A stretch of 51,589 nt of DNA from a virus: IMG/VR virus record IMGVR_UViG_3300024974_000002, positions 1 to 51,589 of that record; one strand, given 5' to 3'. The notes under the pieces are model-generated. The model searched no databases and had not been told where the DNA came from. It saw only the letters and a program-made list of their open reading frames with translations. Position numbers and translations under genes: made by a program. Below, piece after piece: positions 26,094-35,081 of this stretch. Positions within the stretch are counted from its first letter, which is position 1, and each line of letters starts with the position of its first letter.

Positions 26094-26376
26094 AGATTTC
26101 GATATAAAACCTGTGATAACAAATTTTGTAGGCGAAAAAATCAAGATAAACAATTTGCTTGACAAAGAAATAATTGTAGTTGATTTCAAAGTACTTCCAT
26201 CAAACTATGAAGGAAAAGGAGATAGACTTGACATACAAATTGAATATCGTGATGAACCACGAGTGGTTTTTACTGGAGGTAAATATCTAATTCAAACCAT
26301 AGAAAAAGTACCAAAAGACAAGTTCCCATTCAAAACAAAAATTTGCAAAAATGGTGAGCATTTAGAATTCACATAA
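26080..26376 (+). CDS. Hypothetical protein translationally coupled to the RT (14-nt overlap)
   Basis: 98 aa. Appears beta-rich rather than a helical bundle by eye. Confidence 0.55.
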   Translation: MNNFKDFDIKPVITNFVGEKIKINNLLDKEIIVVDFKVLPSNYEGKGDRLDIQIEYRDEPRVVFTGGKYLIQTIEKVPKDKFPFKTKICKNGEHLEFT

Positions 26377-26385
26377 AATAACCCT

Positions 26386-26835
26386 ATGATTTACAACGCC
26401 ACAAACCAGCTTCAAAAAAACCAAGCAATAGAAAAGCTGAAATATTTTATTTCTAAAGGAAAAACTTTTGAATTGAAAGCAAAGCATCCAAAAAGAAGTA
26501 TTTCCCAAAACAGCTATTTGCATTTAATCCTGACTTGGTTTGGAATTGAAACCGGTTACACGATGGAAGAAGTAAAACAGGAAATATTTAAAAAGCACAT
26601 CAATTCAGCCATTTTTTATGAAGGAGAATTTGAGGGTAAAATCAAAGGATTCAAAATTGAACGCTGGCGAAGTACTGCAAGTTTAGATACAGCAGAAACA
26701 ACATTGGCCATTAATAGGTTTAGGAATTTTTCAAGCAATGAACTTGGGATTTATCTCCCAGAACCCAAAGAGTTGGCATTGCTTCAAGACTTGGAAAACG
26801 AAATAAGTAAACACACAAATCAAGAATATTTATGA
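26386..26835 (+). CDS. NinB/Orf-like recombination mediator (tentative)
   Basis: KRSISQNSYLHLILTWFG resembles the lambda NinB segment RSLDQNRKLWACLGDV (from memory). Confidence 0.4.
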   Translation: MIYNATNQLQKNQAIEKLKYFISKGKTFELKAKHPKRSISQNSYLHLILTWFGIETGYTMEEVKQEIFKKHINSAIFYEGEFEGKIKGFKIERWRSTASLDTAETTLAINRFRNFSSNELGIYLPEPKELALLQDLENEISKHTNQEYL

Positions 26836-27209
26836 CACCATTTGAAATAACTAACCAGGCTGTTGAAGAAGTTGATAAAAATAACAAATCATACAGCAAT
26901 AGTATTTATGAATTTGCCGAAAACTGGGTCAAAAAACAAATGAAACCCTTTACTGCAGATGATTTGAAAAAAGCCTATTACGAGGCTGGAAATACACCTC
27001 CATCACAACCAAGTGTTTTTGGAGCACCTTTCAGAAAATTATCAAAAAGACATTTGATTTTCGATACTGAAAGAACCCAAAAAAGCACCAATAAAGATGC
27101 TCACCAAAGACTGTTGCGAGTTTGGATAAGTAAAGAATATAGCCTAGTACAACAGGCCAACGCATCGCAACAAAACCGAAACCAAATATCAATTTTTAAT
27201 CAATTATAA
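26832..27209 (+). CDS. Hypothetical protein
   Basis: 125 aa, ATGA overlap with the upstream gene. Confidence 0.55.
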   Translation: MTPFEITNQAVEEVDKNNKSYSNSIYEFAENWVKKQMKPFTADDLKKAYYEAGNTPPSQPSVFGAPFRKLSKRHLIFDTERTQKSTNKDAHQRLLRVWISKEYSLVQQANASQQNRNQISIFNQL

Positions 27210-27211
27210 TC

Positions 27212-27808
27212 ATGGCAAAAGAAAAAGTTTTCACAATCCTTGCAGACAAATTAGGATTAGCAGATCAAGTTCAAAAAGATGTAGAAATTAAAAGCGCCTC
27301 GCTCAAAGATGCCCTTTGTAATTATTCCTATGAATTATTAGTAGGCAAAATGAAAGGTGATGGATTATCACGAAAAGGAACCCATATTGTACACGAAGAT
27401 TTACAAGATGCTTTCTCAAAATTCGATGTGTTTTTAGCGCACTTAGATGATGCTTTTACAGGAAATGACAACGCTACAGAGCTTTCATTTTTAGAAGGAG
27501 AACCAGAAACTAAAAGTTACTTCGTTTCCTCTTTTAAAATTACTGGAGTAGAAGAAAACAAAGCCTTAATTATTTCTGGCACAAAAGACGTTACCAATGG
27601 TACTATTTCATTTGATGCTCCAAAGGTAAAACTAAATGGAAACTACCTCTACTTAACCCAATTGACTGATTGCTTAGATAACGTGATCAAAGAAGTTGAG
27701 TTTTATATGAATGGAAAAGTAGCTCCACAACCGGAACAAATGCACATGGATTTTGCCTCAGAAGATGCTTCTTTTGATAATGCCAAATTCGAAGAAGAAG
27801 CCGTTTAG
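27212..27808 (+). CDS. Hypothetical protein with an acidic C-terminal tail
   Basis: 198 aa, ends ...SEDASFDNAKFEEEAV. Lies upstream of the helicase. Confidence 0.55.
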   Translation: MAKEKVFTILADKLGLADQVQKDVEIKSASLKDALCNYSYELLVGKMKGDGLSRKGTHIVHEDLQDAFSKFDVFLAHLDDAFTGNDNATELSFLEGEPETKSYFVSSFKITGVEENKALIISGTKDVTNGTISFDAPKVKLNGNYLYLTQLTDCLDNVIKEVEFYMNGKVAPQPEQMHMDFASEDASFDNAKFEEEAV

Positions 27809-27810
27809 TT

Positions 27811-28959
27811 ATGGGATTTCAACTTAGGCCATATCAAGCAGATTCAACACGTTTAGGGGTGGAATATTTACAAGGAAAGTCAAATGACAATGCTGTAATA
27901 GTGCTACCAACAGGCGCTGGGAAATCTATTGTTATTGCCAATTTAGTAGCACCGCTGGAGGGTAAAACGGTTATCCTCCAGCCGTCAAAAGAAATTCTTG
28001 AACAGAACTATGAAAAGTATTCAAAATATGGAAAAGCTTCTATTTACAGCGCATCAGCTGGCGAAAAATACATTAGTAGGGTTACTTTTTGCACCATTGG
28101 CAGCGTAATAAATAAGAAACATTTGTTTGCTGGACTCAAAAATATACTGATTGATGAATGTCATTTGGTAAATTCAGATGGGGGAATGTATCAGGAATTT
28201 ATCAATTACTTTCCAGAAGCTAATGTCTTAGGATTAACGGCCACGCCATATCGCTTATCACAAACCAGCGAAGGACCACAACTGACATTCCTGACTAGAA
28301 GCACGCCAAGGATATTTAATAAAATCTTGTACTACGTTCAAAATAATACGCTGTTTGACGCAGGATTTTTGGCAAAGCTAGAGTATTACTCCTTTGATGT
28401 AATTGACCGCTCAAAATTGGAGCTGAACAGTTCAGGAACCGATTTTACACCAGCTTCGTTAAGTCGCTATTACAAGTCAATCGATATGCCAAGCCGAATT
28501 GTAAAATATGCAATGCACATCCTTTCCAAAAAACCAAATTTATTGATTTTCTGTGCCTTGATTACCGAAGCGCAGCAAGTAGTAAAACGCATTCCTGGAG
28601 CGGTTCTTTTAACCTCAGATACCAAGAAAGAGGAACGAGAACGTATCCTTTCCAAATTCAAAAAAGGAATCATCAAATGTGTGGTAAATGTAGGTGTTTT
28701 GACTACTGGTTTTGATTATCCAGAACTCGAAGCCGTATTGATGGCCAGATCCACAATGTCGTTATCATTATTCTATCAAATTGTAGGTCGTGCAATGCGA
28801 ATTCACCCCAACAAAGAGAATGCTTGGGTGGTTGATTTAGGAGGTAATCTCAACCAATTTGGTAAGATTGAAACAATGAAAATTGAAGTAGATAATGAAG
28901 GGCGTTTTGCTATCTGGAACAACGGAAGACAACTTACAAACGTACCTTTTAAAAAGTAG
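27811..28959 (+). CDS. SF2 DEAD/DEAH-box helicase
   Basis: Walker A LPTGAGKS, DExH box LIDECH, motif III LTATP, motif VI QIVGRAMR. Confidence 0.85.
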   Translation: MGFQLRPYQADSTRLGVEYLQGKSNDNAVIVLPTGAGKSIVIANLVAPLEGKTVILQPSKEILEQNYEKYSKYGKASIYSASAGEKYISRVTFCTIGSVINKKHLFAGLKNILIDECHLVNSDGGMYQEFINYFPEANVLGLTATPYRLSQTSEGPQLTFLTRSTPRIFNKILYYVQNNTLFDAGFLAKLEYYSFDVIDRSKLELNSSGTDFTPASLSRYYKSIDMPSRIVKYAMHILSKKPNLLIFCALITEAQQVVKRIPGAVLLTSDTKKEERERILSKFKKGIIKCVVNVGVLTTGFDYPELEAVLMARSTMSLSLFYQIVGRAMRIHPNKENAWVVDLGGNLNQFGKIETMKIEVDNEGRFAIWNNGRQLTNVPFKK

Positions 28960-28966
28960 AATTAAT

Positions 28967-29890
28967 ATGGCTAGAGAACAAAGAAAAGATGTTGATTATT
29001 TTCCACACGATTGTACTCACGGACGTAAAATGCACATAATTGAAACAAAATATGGTAATGATGGGTATGCAACTTGGTTTAAGCTATTAGAACAGCTTGG
29101 AAAAGCCAATAATCATTACATAGATGCTTCAGATGAAATGACCTTAATGTTTCTGACTTCTGTTTTTAAAATTGATGAAGAAAAAACACTTTCTATTTTA
29201 AATGATTTGGCAAAATTAGGAGCAATAGACAAAGTACTTTTTGATGATTACAAAGTTATTTTCAGTCAAAAATTTGCCGATAGTATTCAAGATGCTTATC
29301 GAAATAGAAAAGGTAAAATTTTTCAATACAGCGACATATTGGACGAAATAGGGCAAAAAAACGGTCAATCTTACGTAAGAATGACACCTAATGACGCCAA
29401 TCTTACGGAAGTTATCCCTAAAGTAAAAGAGAGTAAAGTAAAAGAGAGTAAAGTAAAAGAAAACAAAGAAGAATATACTCCTAACGGAGTAGTTGATTTT
29501 CCAAATCAACCTCCAGCTCACAAGATTGATTTTGATAAACTTCTTTCTTTTTTTAATTCAAACCGAGGGCTTTTGCCGGAGGTAAAAAAAATGTCAGACG
29601 TCAGGAAAAAAAGAATTCAGCTTCTGGAAAAACAATACGGCAAAGAATCAATTCAGACTGTAATTCAAAAAACAAGAGATTCTCCATTCCTGCAAGGCGA
29701 CAATAAAGAAAACTGGACGGCTAGTTTTGATTGGATTTTCAAACCAGCCAATTTTTTAAAAATTTTAGAAAATAATTATGGAACAAGAGAAAATATACGA
29801 GGTAATAATTCATCAAGAACAGATGCTGACCTTAAAAAATCCGCTAACAACGCAGTTGATGCAATGTTTGGTATCACAGGATCAAGTTAA
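28967..29890 (+). CDS. Replication initiator/organiser (DUF4373-like N-terminus; start trimmed to ATG 28967)
   Basis: MAREQRKDVDYFPHDCTHGRKMHIIETKYGNDGYATWFKLLEQLG resembles the Lin1244/DUF4373 N-terminal domain seen in Bacteroidota phage replication genes (from memory). Confidence 0.55.
   Translation: MAREQRKDVDYFPHDCTHGRKMHIIETKYGNDGYATWFKLLEQLGKANNHYIDASDEMTLMFLTSVFKIDEEKTLSILNDLAKLGAIDKVLFDDYKVIFSQKFADSIQDAYRNRKGKIFQYSDILDEIGQKNGQSYVRMTPNDANLTEVIPKVKESKVKESKVKENKEEYTPNGVVDFPNQPPAHKIDFDKLLSFFNSNRGLLPEVKKMSDVRKKRIQLLEKQYGKESIQTVIQKTRDSPFLQGDNKENWTASFDWIFKPANFLKILENNYGTRENIRGNNSSRTDADLKKSANNAVDAMFGITGSS
29420..29464 (+). repeat. 15-bp tandem repeat x3 inside the initiator gene (iteron/origin candidate)
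   Basis: AAAGTAAAAGAGAGT AAAGTAAAAGAGAGT AAAGTAAAAGAAAAC, encoding KVKES KVKES KVKEN. Confidence 0.8.
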
Positions 29891-29912
29891 ACTTTTGATC
29901 CTTGAAAAAAAC

Positions 29913-30518
29913 ATGAATCTTCAAAAAGCTATTGATGGGACCAGAATAAACAAATTGGAAAAAACTTTGGGAGAAATCAATATGGTAAAAGTGGTTACTT
30001 ATCTGTTGATGCGATTTTCAGAAAGTTTTAATGTTGGAAAAAATATCACAAATACTCAAGCTCCATTAATTGCCATTGACATCATCGAAAAATATCCGTA
30101 TGAAACAATCGAAGATTTAGTATTGCTTCTAAAGCAAGTAAGGCAGGGTATTATTGGTGACGGTAAGGATTATAAACTAGACGGCCAAAACATTCTAAAC
30201 AAATGGTTTCCCGAATATCTTGAAAAAAAATACATTGAATTTGAGCGTATGAAAAAGCAGGAAAATGTTATTTCTCAAGACGAAAAAGACCTTAGAAATA
30301 ATGCAGTAGCCCAACTTTATGCAAAGAGAAATTCACAAAAAGCCAGAAAAGAAAGGGAAGAAAAAACCAAACTTGAAATTGATGAAATGGTTAAAAATAT
30401 GGACAGACAAATGCTTGAAGATACCATTGCCAGTTGGGAAAAACAGCAGGAAATGGAGCCTTATCTGGATTATTTAAGACAAAAAAGATTAGTTGTCAAA
30501 GGAGATTATAAATTTTAA
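29913..30518 (+). CDS. Hypothetical protein (start trimmed to ATG 29913)
   Basis: The track start 29778 overlaps the previous gene by 113 nt. ATG 29913 lies 20 nt after its stop. Confidence 0.55.
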   Translation: MNLQKAIDGTRINKLEKTLGEINMVKVVTYLLMRFSESFNVGKNITNTQAPLIAIDIIEKYPYETIEDLVLLLKQVRQGIIGDGKDYKLDGQNILNKWFPEYLEKKYIEFERMKKQENVISQDEKDLRNNAVAQLYAKRNSQKARKEREEKTKLEIDEMVKNMDRQMLEDTIASWEKQQEMEPYLDYLRQKRLVVKGDYKF

Positions 30519-30520
30519 TT

Positions 30521-30946
30521 ATGAGCAAAATACTTATAGGAATTGATCCAGATGTAGAAAAAAGCGGTTTTGCCAGGATAGAAGGCAATCAATTGAAACT
30601 TGATAATCTTTCCTTTTTTGACTTATACGAAGAGTTGAAATTTTACAAGGAACTTGAAGTAAAGCCGGTGGTGTATGTAGAGTGTGGTTTTCTAAATAAA
30701 TCCAACTTTCATAAAAAAGCAGGAATGAGCGCTGCATTAAATGCCAAGATTGGAGAGCGAACCGGAGCCAACTTTGAAACCGCAAAAAAAATTGTTGAAA
30801 TGTGTGAGTATTTAAAAATGCCATACGTAAAAATTCAGCCGAAAGCTTCCAAGATTACCAATGACTATTTCAAAAAAATAACTGGTATAGACACCAGAAC
30901 CAACCAAGAGCAACGCGATGCAATGATGCTTATTTGGGGAAGATAA
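30521..30946 (+). CDS. RuvC-like Holliday junction resolvase (tentative)
   Basis: N-terminal ILIGIDPDVEKSGFA resembles the RuvC GIDPGxxxxG motif. 141 aa. Confidence 0.45.
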   Translation: MSKILIGIDPDVEKSGFARIEGNQLKLDNLSFFDLYEELKFYKELEVKPVVYVECGFLNKSNFHKKAGMSAALNAKIGERTGANFETAKKIVEMCEYLKMPYVKIQPKASKITNDYFKKITGIDTRTNQEQRDAMMLIWGR

Positions 30947-30979
30947 TTTTAAACAATCAAATTTTAAAAACGAGTAAAA

Positions 30980-31489
30980 ATGAAAACATCAAACGCATTT
31001 AAAGAAACCATCAAGGCTTACCTTGACAAAAGAGCATCTGAAGACGAACTCTTCGCTGTTACCTATCAAAAAGAAAACAAAAATCTGGACGAATGCTGCA
31101 ACTATGTTGTGCAATGCGCAAAAGAAGGAAAATGTGAGGGATATGATCCTTCCGAAGTTTTTGGCTGGGCAGTTCATTACTACGATGAGGATGATGTCAA
31201 AAACATCAAACCTATCAGCTGTAGAGTAGTTGTTAATCAGGCCGTGGAACTGACCGAAGAAGACAAAGCATTGGCCAAAGACAAAGCAATGGATTTGTTG
31301 ATTGAGGAAGCAAAAGTAGAAGCGAAGAAAACCCTTTCAGAAACTATTGAACTATCTGAAGAAGATATTCAGGATGCAAAAAAACAAGCAGTCGATAAAG
31401 TAGTATCTGATCAAAAAGAAAAAATGGTTGCCAAGGCTGCCAAAAAGAAACCAACAACCGAAGTGGAACAAATAGACTTATTTGGGTAA
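30980..31489 (+). CDS. PcfK-like protein (family that, as I recall, includes the Cas9 inhibitor AcrIIA9)
   Basis: FKETIKAYLDKRASEDELFAVTYQKENKNLDECCNYVVQCAKE...VFGWAVHYYDEDDV matches my memory of PcfK-like proteins. Followed by a PcfJ-like gene. Confidence 0.6.
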   Translation: MKTSNAFKETIKAYLDKRASEDELFAVTYQKENKNLDECCNYVVQCAKEGKCEGYDPSEVFGWAVHYYDEDDVKNIKPISCRVVVNQAVELTEEDKALAKDKAMDLLIEEAKVEAKKTLSETIELSEEDIQDAKKQAVDKVVSDQKEKMVAKAAKKKPTTEVEQIDLFG

Positions 31490-31491
31490 TT

Positions 31492-32844
31492 ATGAAACCG
31501 AGAACTAAACTACAACTGGAAGTTTGGAATCTACACCAAAAACTTTCAAATCCTAAAGAACACGAGCCTTTTGTAATATCTAAACATGAATTCTACTACA
31601 CGACGCACTATAAGAATTTAGTTTGTTTAGAATGCAATCATAGCTGGAGACCGGCACAAGTCTGGCAAGAGCAAGTTATCGGAGTTACTTGCCCTTCGTG
31701 TGCAAAAAAACTTAAGAAAATCAATATCAATAACGGATTGTTTGAAAAAGTAATTTCTTATTCAGTAGTTCAAGTAGTTGAAAGATTTCAAGTGTTTAGA
31801 TATTTCTCCTGTTGGAAATTAATGTCCAAAAACAAACCACCTCGGTATACTTTCAGAAGCTTGTTTGAAGATTGGAAAGATTACGATAAAAACAAAAGCG
31901 TGATTGTAGGTCGAAATACTACTTGGTACGGTGATGGTTTTAGTTCATCTAATTATGAAGTAAGATATGTTAATCCTCGATACGGACAAAGTGAATATGA
32001 TCGTTTTGCATCAGATTTTAATTGTCCAGGAGCAGAATTTCTTCCAAGATTTAAAATGTATGGTTTAGGAAAGGATTTTCATAATTGCGACTATAGATTT
32101 CTGTTAATCAAACTTCAACAAAGTTCAAAAGTTGAAACTCTATTTAAAGCAAAAGAAAAAGAACTTTTGTTTTATGCAGTTCATAAAGATAACAATTATC
32201 AAACCTATTGGCCTCAAATCAAAATTGTTCTTAGAAATAAATACAAGATAACGGATGCCGGAATATGGTATGACTATCTCGATCTTTTAAAGAGGTTTGG
32301 TAAAGACATTAGAAATCCAAAATACATTTTGCCTCAAAATCTAAAAAAAGAACATAATGTATATATCAATAAAGCGGCAAAGCTTAGAAAAATAGAAGAA
32401 GCTAAACGTGAATTTAAACGTCAAGAAAATGAACGATTGAAAGCTGAAGCCGACGAAGTTTTAAAAAAAATTAAGCATGATGTTTTCAAAAATTTTAGCT
32501 TCAAAAAAGACAAGATCTTGGTTGTTTGTTTAATTGATGAAAAGGATGTTGAGCAAGAAGGGAAGATACTTGAGCATTGTGTTTATGAGAATGAATACCA
32601 TAAAAAATCAGGAATACTTTTAATGTCCGCTCGAATTGACGGAAAACCTATTGAAACCATTGAGATTTCATTAGCAAACTATTCGATAATTCAATGCAGA
32701 GGATTTGATAATGAACCAACGGAATATCACGAAGAAATTATTTCTATTGTTCGTCAGAACATGGGGAAGATTTCAAAAATAATCAAAAAAAATAAAAAGC
32801 TATTGAAGGACGAAGACTATAATAAACTTTGTCAAGTAGCCTAA
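31492..32844 (+). CDS. PcfJ-like protein
   Basis: 450 aa. Two CxxC pairs near the N-terminus (CLECNHSW..CPSCAKK). C-terminal EHCVYENEYHKK region. Conserved pairing with PcfK. Confidence 0.55.
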   Translation: MKPRTKLQLEVWNLHQKLSNPKEHEPFVISKHEFYYTTHYKNLVCLECNHSWRPAQVWQEQVIGVTCPSCAKKLKKININNGLFEKVISYSVVQVVERFQVFRYFSCWKLMSKNKPPRYTFRSLFEDWKDYDKNKSVIVGRNTTWYGDGFSSSNYEVRYVNPRYGQSEYDRFASDFNCPGAEFLPRFKMYGLGKDFHNCDYRFLLIKLQQSSKVETLFKAKEKELLFYAVHKDNNYQTYWPQIKIVLRNKYKITDAGIWYDYLDLLKRFGKDIRNPKYILPQNLKKEHNVYINKAAKLRKIEEAKREFKRQENERLKAEADEVLKKIKHDVFKNFSFKKDKILVVCLIDEKDVEQEGKILEHCVYENEYHKKSGILLMSARIDGKPIETIEISLANYSIIQCRGFDNEPTEYHEEIISIVRQNMGKISKIIKKNKKLLKDEDYNKLCQVA

Positions 32845-32863
32845 AACAATTAAAAACAAAATT

Positions 32864-33976
32864 ATGAAAATCACATTAAGCAGCACGGAGTTATTAAAGA
32901 AACTCAATTTTTTAGGTGGAGTAATCTCCAATAGTAACACAATGCCAATCTTGGACAATTTCCTTTTTGAAATGGAAAACGGCCAATTGAAAATCACAGC
33001 ATCCGATCTGGAAACCACAATGTCAACTACAATGGAGGTAGATTTTGAGGGCAAAGCATCCGTGGCCATACCAGCCAAACTTTTAATTGAAGTTTTAAAA
33101 ACATTTTCAGAACAACCTTTGATTTTTACAACACAAGAAAACAACACAATTGAAATCAGTTCTAATTCTGGACAATATGAAATTGCTTATTTCTCTGGAG
33201 AAGAATATCCAAAAGCCATTGTATTGGAAAATCCATCATCAACATTAATTCCTTCCAAGGTATTAGCAAACGCAATCAGCAAAACACTTTTTGCAACTGG
33301 AACCGATGATTTGAGACCAATGATGACAGGTGTATATTTTCAACTTTCACCAGAAGGTTTGATTTTCACGGCAACCGATGCTCATAAGTTGGTCAAGTAT
33401 TCCAGATCAGATGTGAAAGCTTCAGAAAATGCCAATTTCATTATGCCAAAAAAACCATTGGGAGTTTTGAAAGGAATTTTGAGCACCTTGGATGATGCCG
33501 TAAAAATTGAATTCAACAATTCAAATGCCGTGTTTTCTTTTGAAAACTATATTATCTCTTGCCGTTTGATTGATGCCAAATATCCAAATTATGAAGCGGT
33601 TATTCCAAAAAACAATCCAAGTATGTTAATAATTGACAGAAGTTTGTTATTGCAATCGGTAAAGCGTGTGGCCACATTCTCCAATAAAACCACACATCAA
33701 ATTATTTTGAAAGTAGCCGGAACTGAATTAAACATTTTTGCTGAAGATATTGATTACTCCAATAAAGCCGATGAACGCCTTACTTGTAACTTCGAAGGAG
33801 AAGACATCAAAATTGGGTTTAACTCCCGTTTCCTATCTGAAATGTTGGGCAATTTGCAATCAACAATGATTCAATTGGAGCTTTCAACTCCTGTTCGTGC
33901 TGGAATATTAAAACCCATTGACGGTCTGGAAGATGGAGAAGATATTTTAATGTTGGCAATGCCAGTAAAAATATAA
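32864..33976 (+). CDS. dnaN: DNA polymerase III beta subunit (sliding clamp)
   Basis: 370 aa. LLKKLNFLGGVISNSNTMPILDNFLFEMENGQLKITASDLETTM and the C-terminal ...ILKPIDG..ILMLAMPVKI are typical of DnaN. Confidence 0.85.
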   Translation: MKITLSSTELLKKLNFLGGVISNSNTMPILDNFLFEMENGQLKITASDLETTMSTTMEVDFEGKASVAIPAKLLIEVLKTFSEQPLIFTTQENNTIEISSNSGQYEIAYFSGEEYPKAIVLENPSSTLIPSKVLANAISKTLFATGTDDLRPMMTGVYFQLSPEGLIFTATDAHKLVKYSRSDVKASENANFIMPKKPLGVLKGILSTLDDAVKIEFNNSNAVFSFENYIISCRLIDAKYPNYEAVIPKNNPSMLIIDRSLLLQSVKRVATFSNKTTHQIILKVAGTELNIFAEDIDYSNKADERLTCNFEGEDIKIGFNSRFLSEMLGNLQSTMIQLELSTPVRAGILKPIDGLEDGEDILMLAMPVKI

Positions 33977-33993
33977 ATAAAAAAAAAGTTGCT

Positions 33994-34200
33994 ATGCCAA
34001 ATGAATTATCAGAAAATCAAAAACAAACAATCCTGGAATTATTCTTTTGTTCAGATGATAGAAGATTATGGGTTATTGCTACAATAGTAGGAACATCATT
34101 GAATACCGTTTCAAGAACCATTCAAGATTTTTATGATCACAAACTAAAGTTTGAGCGTGGCAACTTTTTAATTTATCACTCAAGTATAAACAATTTTTAA
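33994..34200 (+). CDS. Small HTH-like protein
   Basis: 68 aa. IATIVGTSLNTVSRTIQDF is HTH-like. Confidence 0.5.
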   Translation: MPNELSENQKQTILELFFCSDDRRLWVIATIVGTSLNTVSRTIQDFYDHKLKFERGNFLIYHSSINNF

Positions 34201-34204
34201 AATT

Positions 34205-34618
34205 ATGAAAGCACTATCAATAAAACAGCCTTGGGCATCATTGATTGCTAATGGCATTAAGGACATCGAGAACAGAACTTGGAAAACTCACTTTCGAGGT
34301 AGAATTTTTATTCATGCTTCTTCTATTTCAAAAGGAATGCTTGGTTTGTTAAATAAAGAGCAAGTTGGAGATATTAGAAAAAAGTCAAAGCTAGATTTTG
34401 ATTTTCCAACTTCAGCCATAATCGGAGAAGTTGACATCATAGATTGTGTTATCAATCATCCAAGCATCTGGGCAGAAAAAACAGATTTCAGTCAAGAAGA
34501 TCCTGCATCAATCTGGAACTGGGTACTTGCCAATCCAGTTCTTTATGATAAACCAATCCTGAATGTAAAAGGAAAACTGTCGTTTTGGGAATTTGAACCT
34601 TTAAAAATAGAAAAATGA
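34205..34618 (+). CDS. ASCH domain protein
   Basis: MKALSIKQPWASLIANGIKDIENRTW matches the ASCH N-terminal pattern. Confidence 0.7.
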   Translation: MKALSIKQPWASLIANGIKDIENRTWKTHFRGRIFIHASSISKGMLGLLNKEQVGDIRKKSKLDFDFPTSAIIGEVDIIDCVINHPSIWAEKTDFSQEDPASIWNWVLANPVLYDKPILNVKGKLSFWEFEPLKIEK

Positions 34619-34911
34619 GTAAAATAGAATTCTGGAATCAAAAACCACAAGTGAACCCAATAACAATGCTTCCTGTTCCGATCGAGAATAAAGCAAGCAC
34701 GGTAAAGTATTCCAAGAAAGGAATGTACGTCAAAGACGAAGAATTCGATTCAGTAATTGAAGCGAAGGAATTAATGAAAGAGTTTGGTTTATCAGCCAAG
34801 GCACTTTCGAAGCTTTTCAAATCAATAAATGCAAAACCAAGATACAAAGGTGTAACTACCTACTATAATTCTAAAAGCGTTATAGAAATCAGGAAATCTT
34901 TAAATAAATAA
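34615..34911 (+). CDS. Hypothetical protein
   Basis: 98 aa, ATGA overlap. Confidence 0.55.
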   Translation: MSKIEFWNQKPQVNPITMLPVPIENKASTVKYSKKGMYVKDEEFDSVIEAKELMKEFGLSAKALSKLFKSINAKPRYKGVTTYYNSKSVIEIRKSLNK

Positions 34912-34913
34912 TT

Positions 34914-35078
34914 ATGCAAATCGAAAAAATAAAAACAAAATATTGGATGGAGCACGGTAGCGGAGGTGGTTCCAGAGCAATTGGTAAAAAGATTGTCATT
35001 TACACAGAAGAACTTCAGGAACTAAACATCGAAGAAGAGGAAAAAATAAAGGAATTTTTCAAAACACTAAGAACATAA
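34914..35078 (+). CDS. Hypothetical small protein (54 aa, below track cutoff)
   Basis: Reads MQIEKIKTKYWMEHGSGGGSRAIGKKIVIYTEELQELNIEEEEKIKEFFKTLRT. Fills the gap between neighbouring ORFs exactly. Confidence 0.45.
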   Translation: MQIEKIKTKYWMEHGSGGGSRAIGKKIVIYTEELQELNIEEEEKIKEFFKTLRT

Positions 35079-35081
35079 ACT

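Noticed and set aside
28895-28966. Upstream extensions of track ORFs 28895.., 29778.., 45320.., 49980.., 17920.. and 11676..
   Set aside because: Each extension overlaps the preceding gene, a terminator or a promoter/operator. An ATG positioned at or just after the upstream stop gives a compact, non-overlapping arrangement.
29420-29464. CRISPR-like array
   Set aside because: The 15-bp units are directly abutting with no spacers, lie inside a coding region and encode a KVKES repeat. This is not a CRISPR array. No other repeat-spacer pattern was seen in the window.
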